Source: a virus | Lineage: Duplodnaviria; Caudoviricetes | Virus record (IMG/VR): IMGVR_UViG_3300033565_000003 | Span: 1-55,170 of that record | Strand: one strand, 5' to 3' | Length of the DNA stretch: 55,170 bases | In this document: positions 19,968 to 28,655 of the stretch, one piece after another | Position numbering within the stretch: position 1 is the first letter of the stretch | Layout: each line of letters opens with the position of its first letter | Notes under the pieces: generated by a model | The model's input: only the letters and a program-made list of their open reading frames with translations | The model's database searches: none | Told to the model about the DNA's origin: nothing | Program-made: the position numbers and the translations under genes

Positions 19968-21706
19968 TGCTTACATCTGATCAACTATATGAAATAAGCA
20001 GACTTATTAGAAATACTTTAGGTAGTATTCCAAGCGGTGGTATTAGTTCAACTGATATATCACATTGGAATACTGCTTATGGTTGGGGTAATCATGCCTC
20101 AGCTGGTTATGCACTTGCATCTTCTTATATTCCCTATACAGGAGGAACATCTAATGTTAATTTAGGAGTTCATAATTTAATAGTTGATACCAATAGCCTG
20201 TTTGTGGATAGCGTTAATCATAGGGTAGGAATTGGGACTTTAACACCAAGTGTTTTATTTGATGTTAATGGAGTAATAAATGCTACATCATTAGGATTAG
20301 GTGGTGCTTTGTCAGGTGCAAAGTATTTATCTATGCCGCTTTCAACAAATAATTCACAAGCTAAATTTGGCAACTTCGAGATTCAAGGTTATGCTATAAA
20401 TAATGCTGGTTTTAGTGATAATATTTATTTTAATGGTGGAAATTACATCTATAGAGCAAATGGATATGGTGTAAATTTTTGGCTTTATCAAGGTGGTTTT
20501 CAGGTTCTTACTGCTCCATTAGGTATTGCAGGTGATATCGCTACATTAACAGCAAGGCTTTTTGTTGGTAATACAGGTAATGTTGGAATTGGTAATATCC
20601 TACCTGCTTATAAATTAGATGTTACAGGTGATATTGGTTTTAGCGGTGGATTAATAAAAGCAACTGCTGCTGATCTTGATGCAAAATTATCAGGAACAGT
20701 AACAGAAAGAGCATTAAGGTTTATTACGTCAACTCTTGGGGCAAGGATTCAGGCTATTGGTAGCACTTCAAGTAATTTGACATTAAGTACAACTGCATCT
20801 GGTATAGAACAGGTAAGGTTAACAATTTTAGAAGCAGGTAATGTTGGAATTGGGACTACAACACCAATAGGTAAGTTGTTTATTGGGTCATATTGGCGAG
20901 CTACATATGGAGGAACAGCTTTATATGTTGGTGCAGGTGCAGGAGTAGTCAGTACAAGTAATCTGGGAATAACATATTCTGTTTCTGATGCATCTACTGT
21001 AGCACCATCTGTTGTGGGTATTACCTTGTATAACGATGATACTACTGCGGGAGGTTGGTCACCTTTACTTTTGTTTTCTAAAGCTGAAAGTGGAGCAACT
21101 CCGTATAAAGGTACAATGGCTGGAATAGCTGCTAAGGCACCATTAGGAACAGGTAATTCTGATAGCTGGATTGATGGGGAATTACATTTTTATACATCTG
21201 GAGCAGCAACTAGTGGTCTTGCGGATAGAATGGTTATTAATAAAGAAGGTAATGTAGGTATAGGAACTACAAATCCAACAGCAAGTTTAAGTGTTAACGA
21301 AAAAACAGCTATTAACTCAGATGGGGGATTAATGGTTAAACTTACTAATAGAACAGGTAGTAATACCGTAAAAGGAACTATTGTCAGTGCTGACCTATCA
21401 AATGAAGAAGCATTTTATACTACTCCTATTGATGGAGATATGCCTATTGGTATTGTTTATGAAGCAGGAGTAGCAAACGGTTCTGCTGCATGGATAGTTG
21501 TCAGTGGAGTAGCAGAGGTTCTATTTAAAAATACAGTTGCACCAGTAAGAGGTTATGTAGCCTTTGTTAGTGATACAGCAGGCAGAGCAGATATTAGTGC
21601 TGCTGTACCTGCCGCACTTACCCATTGGAGAGAAATAGGTCACCCAATACAAACAAAAACAGCTGGTACAAATGTACTTGCCAAAGTAGTTTTACATTTT
21701 AATTAA
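19967..21706 (+). CDS. tail/head fibre protein with GNVGIG repeats
   Basis: WNTAYGWGNHASAGY and YIPYTGGTSNVNLG motifs, four (G/H)(N/R)VGIG repeats separating knob modules, and a C-terminal cement-like domain (PIGIVYEAGVANGSAAWIVVSGVAEV). Confidence 0.75.
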   Translation: MLTSDQLYEISRLIRNTLGSIPSGGISSTDISHWNTAYGWGNHASAGYALASSYIPYTGGTSNVNLGVHNLIVDTNSLFVDSVNHRVGIGTLTPSVLFDVNGVINATSLGLGGALSGAKYLSMPLSTNNSQAKFGNFEIQGYAINNAGFSDNIYFNGGNYIYRANGYGVNFWLYQGGFQVLTAPLGIAGDIATLTARLFVGNTGNVGIGNILPAYKLDVTGDIGFSGGLIKATAADLDAKLSGTVTERALRFITSTLGARIQAIGSTSSNLTLSTTASGIEQVRLTILEAGNVGIGTTTPIGKLFIGSYWRATYGGTALYVGAGAGVVSTSNLGITYSVSDASTVAPSVVGITLYNDDTTAGGWSPLLLFSKAESGATPYKGTMAGIAAKAPLGTGNSDSWIDGELHFYTSGAATSGLADRMVINKEGNVGIGTTNPTASLSVNEKTAINSDGGLMVKLTNRTGSNTVKGTIVSADLSNEEAFYTTPIDGDMPIGIVYEAGVANGSAAWIVVSGVAEVLFKNTVAPVRGYVAFVSDTAGRADISAAVPAALTHWREIGHPIQTKTAGTNVLAKVVLHFN

Positions 21707-21712
21707 ACCAAT

Positions 21713-21943
21713 ATGAAAAAAACAGAAACACCAACAGTAGAAAAACAAGTTGCAGAGTTTAATTATCAACTAGCAATTACTAACAGATTAACAGAATTAA
21801 ATGCAATTAAAGAAACAATACAAAGAGAACTTAACGATGCACAACAATATATGCAACAAAAAAGTGCTGAACTTAATGCTACTCTTGGTGCTATTGCTGA
21901 ATTTGAGAAACTTATTACAATACCCAATTCAATTAATCATTAA
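21713..21943 (+). CDS. small coiled-coil protein, possible fibre chaperone (paralogue of 15523-15756)
   Basis: Heptad pattern, follows a fibre gene, shares the K.AE.N...G...E.E.LI motif with 15523-15756. Confidence 0.6.
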   Translation: MKKTETPTVEKQVAEFNYQLAITNRLTELNAIKETIQRELNDAQQYMQQKSAELNATLGAIAEFEKLITIPNSINH

Positions 21944-21961
21944 CAATTAACACAAATAACT

Positions 21962-22231
21962 ATGGAACAGATATTATCACTACTTAATGACATACTAGGT
22001 GGAACTGATTTTCAAATAATCAAAACAACAGCACTTACTGGACTTAGTCTTAGAAAGATTGTATTACTTAATGCTAGTGTATTTACTAAACTTGATTCAG
22101 GTACTAATGATATTCATACACTTAAGAATTTTGAATCAACTGAATATCCAGCAGGTACAATTTTCACATTTACTAATTATCCAATAACAGCTATTACACT
22201 TAGTAGTGGTCTTGCTATTGGTTATAAATAA
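21962..22231 (+). CDS. small beta-rich virion protein, possible adaptor
   Basis: 89 aa ending YPAGTIF...ITAITLSSGLAIGYK, a pattern I associate with small Bacteroidota-phage structural proteins. Confidence 0.5.
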   Translation: MEQILSLLNDILGGTDFQIIKTTALTGLSLRKIVLLNASVFTKLDSGTNDIHTLKNFESTEYPAGTIFTFTNYPITAITLSSGLAIGYK

Positions 22232-22237
22232 GATGTT

Positions 22238-23785
22238 ATGATTAATCCTACACATGGACTTAGTCCATATTTAGTTCATAATTTAACAAATGTGAACCTT
22301 GCGCAAAATATAACGGTGCTGAAGGCTGATAACTATGTTTATTTAAGAACAGCCTTTAACTCAACCCAGGATATAGTTCAAAAGTTATTTGTCGGAACTT
22401 CTGATGTGGCCTATTCGCCCGGATATACAACGCATTTAATTGCAAAAACTGCTGCTGATACGGCTTTTGCTTATGAGGCAGACACGATTATACACGTTAA
22501 TCCAGATGATGCAGCCCCGTTGTTTTTAACAACAAGTTACATAGGTGCTGCGCATGGACTAAATAATGTCAGAATAGTTACATCAAACAATCACGGCAAA
22601 ACAGTTGAAGATGTCGGTTCACAATGGGCTGATACCAATAATCGTAAATTTACGATTATTAAGATCGTAGATATAAACACTTTGTGGATTTTAGGAAATC
22701 CTGCCAACGCAAATTATCCCAAGTGGTATATTTATTCGGTAATCACCGGAAATTTAACCCATTTCTCAGGAGCTACACATACAGATACCATTACCATTAC
22801 CACACAGGTTAACAGTCAACTAATACCCGCAATCAAAAATAAAACACTTACCGTTAAATTAAACGGCACAAATACCTTAACAACAAACGGTATATACAAG
22901 GCGAATAATGTGGTTATTAGTGAGTATTACGATGTTGTTAATCCGATAAGTGCAATATGGTATTTACAATCACAGGTTGGATCATCGACACAACCGGCAA
23001 TTAATACAGGTGATACAATGTTTTCACAAGAAACAAAATACACCTATTATGACAATGCCGCTTGTTTGGTTTATAATAAATTTACGCCAAAACAAGAAAT
23101 GGATTTCGGGTATTATGGATTCATACAGTCAAGCCCGTTGTATGTGTCTGGATCGTTAAGTAAAATGAAGCATTATATTCCTAAAGCATTGCCGATTACA
23201 TTAGGCGCAACTTCGTATGATTTTAGAACAGTTAAGGATGTTACATCATTCCCTGTACGTGCTGAAATTACCGCACCATATTGGCAGGATGCAAACAGCC
23301 CACCTGAAAGAGCGATTCAATACCTTTCAAATTCATCGGATGCTTTACAGGTTGGTTTTGCAATGGGATATTTAAAAGGTAAAGGTGTTGAAACTAATCT
23401 AAAAAACAGCACAACAGAAACTTACAGGCTTGAAACAACTAAAAAACAATATCCAAGAGCTTTTAATATAGTTGCTTACCTGAATATAAATACCGTTTAT
23501 GAGGGATATTGTTTCAGAAACTACTTTGCTGCAAGCGAATTGGCAACGGGTAAAATCGGACAGTATTTTGTAAAAGAGGGTACAGATGTTTATTTGTACC
23601 TTGATTATACGGGCGTAATTGCTGACACAGTGGCAATTCCGACAGCGTATAGAGGTAAGACAATCACACTCGTTGAGAAGTCAGCAAATGTAAGTTATAG
23701 CGATACGGTTACAGGTGCAACATTAGCCGTTGATGTGGTTGAGGCAACACCGCAGACCGGATTTTTGATACTTAAATTAACATAA
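22238..23785 (+). CDS. putative receptor-binding/tail spike protein of foreign composition
   Basis: Beta-rich 515 aa (YIGAAHG, HGKTVEDVGSQW). From ~22290 it uses many C/G-ending codons (GCG, ACG, CCG, TCG) that are rare elsewhere in the window. Confidence 0.55.
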   Translation: MINPTHGLSPYLVHNLTNVNLAQNITVLKADNYVYLRTAFNSTQDIVQKLFVGTSDVAYSPGYTTHLIAKTAADTAFAYEADTIIHVNPDDAAPLFLTTSYIGAAHGLNNVRIVTSNNHGKTVEDVGSQWADTNNRKFTIIKIVDINTLWILGNPANANYPKWYIYSVITGNLTHFSGATHTDTITITTQVNSQLIPAIKNKTLTVKLNGTNTLTTNGIYKANNVVISEYYDVVNPISAIWYLQSQVGSSTQPAINTGDTMFSQETKYTYYDNAACLVYNKFTPKQEMDFGYYGFIQSSPLYVSGSLSKMKHYIPKALPITLGATSYDFRTVKDVTSFPVRAEITAPYWQDANSPPERAIQYLSNSSDALQVGFAMGYLKGKGVETNLKNSTTETYRLETTKKQYPRAFNIVAYLNINTVYEGYCFRNYFAASELATGKIGQYFVKEGTDVYLYLDYTGVIADTVAIPTAYRGKTITLVEKSANVSYSDTVTGATLAVDVVEATPQTGFLILKLT

Positions 23786-23864
23786 CGATTGGTTCATCTT
23801 TGGAACTTTTTGAACTAATTATGCTTATATCACTAACTACTAATTAAACACTTAATTAATCATT

Positions 23865-26800
23865 ATGGAAACATCAGGTTTAATACTCGATCGTAAACTT
23901 ATTAACACTAGACAAGCTAGTTGGGTTAATGCACTTAATATGTATCGTAATGTTACTAAAGATACGATTGATGTTGAACCTGGTTTTTCCAATGATGAAT
24001 TATGTATTGAAACTGCTTATCCTGAACTTGGTAGGATAGCAGGTAATAATGAATATGTGCTTCTTTGTGGTGATGGTATAAATAGTCAAATTGTTAGTAG
24101 CAGAAAAGGTGTAGTTATTGACGATCCATTACTAGGCTTCTCTCCTTCATTTCCTATAGGGGGTGTAAGCACATATAATCATAAAGGCGAGTTTGTTATC
24201 GCATATACAGATAATAACAAATCTCCTAAGATACTTAATATAGATAATATACCATTTGAACTTAATGATGATTTTAGTATTACTGATCCTAATAAATTTA
24301 CTTTACTTGAACTATTCCCTATTGTAACTGAACCTGTTATTACTTTAAATACTGTGTTAGGTAATGGTTCACTTAAATCTGGTGTTTATTATATTGTTCC
24401 TGCATATGCTTATTCTGATGAAAGTATAACTAATTGGTTATATAAACATAATCCTGTTTCTATTACTGATGATAGTAATGTTGTCACATTTGATCTTATT
24501 GATGGATGTGCTGCAGGTACTCAAACTAATAAAGCTATTGATTGTAAAATAAGCAATCTTGATACTAATTTTGCTTATGTTTATATAGCAGTTATTAGTA
24601 AAATTAATGGCATTGTATCAGCTTTTAATTATGGTAAATATCCAATTGATAGTTATGGTACACCTATTAATGTTATTATTAGTAGTTTAACAAATGCTAC
24701 TCCTGTAACATTAACTGAAATATTATCTAATAATGCTATTTATACTAAAGTTAAAACTTTAACTACACTTGATAATGAACTATTATTAGGTAATGTTACA
24801 GGACTACCACTTCTTGATTTTCAACAGAATGCTAACGATATAGTTGTAAATTGGGTTAGAGAACAAGAAATATCACTAGATGGATATAAAGGTTCATATA
24901 AAGATCCAACTACTATATTTCTTAATAAAACATTCAGAGCAGGTGAAGTTATTGGATTACTTATAGGTCTTAAGCTTAAACAGACTGGTACATATGCATT
25001 GTATCATATTCCAGGTAGACTTGCTGAAGGTACTGATAAAGACCCAATTATTGATACTACATTACTAGAAATAGATGAAGATTTATTGAAGTATCAAATT
25101 GAAGATACTTCAACAGTTAATGGTGATGGAGTTAGTGGTAAAATGGGTTTTTGGGAAAATAAGAATGAAGTATATCCTTCTTGGTTTCCTGTTGATAGTA
25201 ATGATAATGTATTTGCAGGACAACCTGTAAGGCATCATAGAATGCCTAGTTTAAGAGCATTAAATGAATATGGTCAAAAGTTTGTTGATAATATCAATAC
25301 TGCTGCTGAAACTGAAACTATAGTGGCAGAAGCAAGTAGTCTTGGAGTTAATACTAAATATGAACAATACGCAATATATACTCCAACTATTACTCCAACA
25401 TTAGGTACACTTAATACCAATGGTAATAAATATACTGCATTGTTTGATCAAACAGTTGCTTTTAGCATTTATATTGAAACTATCAATTATGATTACTTAG
25501 AAGCAACATATTATGTAATTACACTTACAGTTAAAGTATATAATGCATCAGGTGCTGTTATACGAACTATTGCTAATATGGAAGTTCCATATAATGCTCC
25601 AACATATAGTTATGCTAATAATTATAATATAACACTTAAAGCAGGAGAATATATTGAATATAATGTTACTTCTGAAAGAGAATTTTACCTAATATTAACT
25701 GATGGATACAATTGTAATATAGATTTTACATTAGCAATCAATAAAGCTGCTGGTGCATTAGCCGGAACACTTAATACTAAAGCATTAGGTATTAAACTTG
25801 ATAATATTATCATACCTGAAAATATGCTAGATTATATTGATGGTTATGAAATATTCTATTACGAACGTGATAACGATAACATGACGATCCTTGATCAAGA
25901 TGTTATTGATATGCGTGGTACAGGAATTAGGTATAGTTCAGGTACTGATGATGAGATTAAATTTCATGGTTTTCAAGCACTTAGTAATCAAATTAACCCA
26001 ACACCAAGATATATTTCTATTGAATTAGAATTAACACCAACTGATAAAACACTTGATTCTAGCGATCCTGATCTTGGTAGTATAGGATATTGGAATGCTG
26101 TTAACAATGGTATTGCTAGTTATGCGGGTACTCAAAAAATACTAGTTAATAGTATTTTATTTGTACCTGCTCATAATAACGCAACTATTTATGATAATTT
26201 ATATTCAGAAGATAGTTTTATTATTAAACTACATGATGATGTAACAAATTCACTTACTAAATTATATTTGTACAATCTTTGTGCATATAAAACAGATATG
26301 TATTATGGATTTCTTACTAGGAGAGTTGTATCTACTGGTCAATATGTTAAGATTAACCCTGATCTAGCAATACAAGAAACACTTAAAGTATATGGTGGTG
26401 ATACATTTATTAGTAAGTATTCATATCTTATTTATAACAATAGTACAGATGAAAACGATGTAGATTTTGATAGATCGTTTACTAGAGTACTTGTTACTAT
26501 ACCATATGAATCTACTAGTAATGTAGGTTTTAGGCATGAAGGTATTCAACCACATGAAAAGTATTATCCTAAAACTGATCTTACTGAATTAGCTTATGAT
26601 AGTATAGGTAATTTATGGAGTGGGGTATTTAAAGATATTTGGCAAGCAGGTAATAGTTATTTATATAATACTGATTATAATAGTATTAATAACATTACTT
26701 CACCATTTATTTGGAATAATTCTAATAACTTTGTAGTTAATAATCCTACACTTATTCATAGGTCTCTTCCAATGAATACTGAAAGTACAGAGTTCAAATG

Positions 26801-28640
26801 GAGAGTTATGCCTGCTAGAAATTACTATGTCATGCCTTTTAATAAAGGTGAAATAGTTAAACTTCTTGCACACGGTAGAGCTATATTTATAGGTATGAGA
26901 AATAGTACTTATAAAGCATTTGTTAAAGATTTACTTTCAACACTTAATACTGATGCATATTTAACTAAAGGTGATATATTTGATCGTGAACCTACTGAAA
27001 TCATTGATAGTAATGAAGGTATCATTGGGGTTCAGAATCAAGAATGTATGATTTCAACACCACATGGTGTATTAATACTTGATAGAGATCAAGCTAAGTT
27101 ATATTTACTTAATGAAGCTATTACTCCACTTAGTCAAGGTGATGTATATGAATATCTTAAAGAGCATCTTACATTCAATGAAGAATATACAGAACATCAC
27201 ATACTACTTGCTAATGTTAGTACTTATATTGAAGCATCTGCTGGTGTAGCATTAACTTGGAGTGATTCTAGAACTGCTCAATTAATTAATAGCATAGATA
27301 ATATATATCAAGATAAAGGTGTTATACTTGGCTATGAGATTACTGATAGTACAAGATTTCTAATTACTGCTCGGAATAAAGATTTTTATCCTGGTTCAAG
27401 TATTGCTGAAACTGCTGCTTTAATTAACAAACCTATATCTGAAATTGGTTACTATCCTAGTGCTTTACAACTTAACATATTAAGTGGTAATGTTGTTAGT
27501 ATTAGTATTACTTTTGGTGCTATTGCTATAAATCTAGTAGAAGATCCAATTGCAGGTACAGGTACATTTATACGTTATGCTGATCCTATAGAACAAGCAA
27601 TAGGTTTAGCTGATTCTATTGCATATAATATGATTACACCTGGGCTTAGTGATAATTATAGAGTACAAATAATTGGTAATACTATTTATATTGTTGCATT
27701 ACAAGAAGGTAGCGATTATGATATGGTTGTTACTAATTTTGTAACCACTGATAGCAAACAGAATACAGCTATATCACATGATTTTGTTACTTATTATGAT
27801 AAGTCATTTACTCTTAGTTACTCATTCGATAATAAATATTGGGTTAGTAGACATTCATACAAACCAACTAGTTACATTCAATTACGTAAAGGAACTTATA
27901 TTGTAGATGGACATGCGCTTATACATACTAATAAAGTTTATAATATCAGTAAAGGTTACCTTGGTACATATTCTAAGTTCACAGGTACACTTGAACAATA
28001 TCTTGATAATACTTTAATTACGTTTCCTGCTTATATTGATATGGCATTTAATTTTAAAGATGGCCAAAATAATTATATTGTTAGTGCAGTTACATGGATT
28101 ACTAAAGGATATAATGGTAATAAACTTGATTTATTTACTACATTTAGTAAAATTATGGCATATAATGAAACTCAATGTAGTGGTTATATAACACTTGTTC
28201 ATGTTAATGGTAAACAAGTTGGTACATTAGAGGGTCATAATGGTAATTGGTATTGTAATCAGTTTAAAGATTTAGTGATGCCAGACACTGATATTGATAT
28301 ACTTGATAATGAATTTGAACCATTATCAAGTGTATTACATGACGGTCAAGTTACTACACTGATTAATGGTAACACATATTTAGTGTATGATGCAGATGTT
28401 TCTAATACTGTTACGTATAATGGTAGAGTTATGAATTACAATGGTGCTAAATTTACTGTTGTTAATAATGATACAAGTTACAGTATATTAGGAACGGCAA
28501 AAATAAAAAATGTTAAAAATTGGTTTGATATGTCGGAAATAAGTAGTAAATTAGCCGTTATACGCTTATATACTGACAATACACAACTAACAGACTTAAA
28601 ACTACTACAAATAGCACCCATAATAAAGACTATCATATAA
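23865..28640 (+). CDS. muzzle / tail stabilisation protein (P22 gp10-like, crAss Tstab family)
   Basis: 1591 aa. N-terminal GL..D...WVNALN, YTDNNKSPKILNID, LLLGNV, VRHHRMPS, YGGDTFISKY, NKGEIVKL and FTLSYS...WVSRHSYKP motifs. Directly precedes the cargo genes. Confidence 0.85.
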   Translation: METSGLILDRKLINTRQASWVNALNMYRNVTKDTIDVEPGFSNDELCIETAYPELGRIAGNNEYVLLCGDGINSQIVSSRKGVVIDDPLLGFSPSFPIGGVSTYNHKGEFVIAYTDNNKSPKILNIDNIPFELNDDFSITDPNKFTLLELFPIVTEPVITLNTVLGNGSLKSGVYYIVPAYAYSDESITNWLYKHNPVSITDDSNVVTFDLIDGCAAGTQTNKAIDCKISNLDTNFAYVYIAVISKINGIVSAFNYGKYPIDSYGTPINVIISSLTNATPVTLTEILSNNAIYTKVKTLTTLDNELLLGNVTGLPLLDFQQNANDIVVNWVREQEISLDGYKGSYKDPTTIFLNKTFRAGEVIGLLIGLKLKQTGTYALYHIPGRLAEGTDKDPIIDTTLLEIDEDLLKYQIEDTSTVNGDGVSGKMGFWENKNEVYPSWFPVDSNDNVFAGQPVRHHRMPSLRALNEYGQKFVDNINTAAETETIVAEASSLGVNTKYEQYAIYTPTITPTLGTLNTNGNKYTALFDQTVAFSIYIETINYDYLEATYYVITLTVKVYNASGAVIRTIANMEVPYNAPTYSYANNYNITLKAGEYIEYNVTSEREFYLILTDGYNCNIDFTLAINKAAGALAGTLNTKALGIKLDNIIIPENMLDYIDGYEIFYYERDNDNMTILDQDVIDMRGTGIRYSSGTDDEIKFHGFQALSNQINPTPRYISIELELTPTDKTLDSSDPDLGSIGYWNAVNNGIASYAGTQKILVNSILFVPAHNNATIYDNLYSEDSFIIKLHDDVTNSLTKLYLYNLCAYKTDMYYGFLTRRVVSTGQYVKINPDLAIQETLKVYGGDTFISKYSYLIYNNSTDENDVDFDRSFTRVLVTIPYESTSNVGFRHEGIQPHEKYYPKTDLTELAYDSIGNLWSGVFKDIWQAGNSYLYNTDYNSINNITSPFIWNNSNNFVVNNPTLIHRSLPMNTESTEFKWRVMPARNYYVMPFNKGEIVKLLAHGRAIFIGMRNSTYKAFVKDLLSTLNTDAYLTKGDIFDREPTEIIDSNEGIIGVQNQECMISTPHGVLILDRDQAKLYLLNEAITPLSQGDVYEYLKEHLTFNEEYTEHHILLANVSTYIEASAGVALTWSDSRTAQLINSIDNIYQDKGVILGYEITDSTRFLITARNKDFYPGSSIAETAALINKPISEIGYYPSALQLNILSGNVVSISITFGAIAINLVEDPIAGTGTFIRYADPIEQAIGLADSIAYNMITPGLSDNYRVQIIGNTIYIVALQEGSDYDMVVTNFVTTDSKQNTAISHDFVTYYDKSFTLSYSFDNKYWVSRHSYKPTSYIQLRKGTYIVDGHALIHTNKVYNISKGYLGTYSKFTGTLEQYLDNTLITFPAYIDMAFNFKDGQNNYIVSAVTWITKGYNGNKLDLFTTFSKIMAYNETQCSGYITLVHVNGKQVGTLEGHNGNWYCNQFKDLVMPDTDIDILDNEFEPLSSVLHDGQVTTLINGNTYLVYDADVSNTVTYNGRVMNYNGAKFTVVNNDTSYSILGTAKIKNVKNWFDMSEISSKLAVIRLYTDNTQLTDLKLLQIAPIIKTII

Positions 28641-28655
28641 CTAATGTAATTAGTC

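Noticed and set aside
14004-23785. Diversity-generating retroelement or invertible tail-fibre cassette
   Set aside because: No reverse transcriptase, recombinase, template/variable repeat pair or inverted gene copies were seen in the window.
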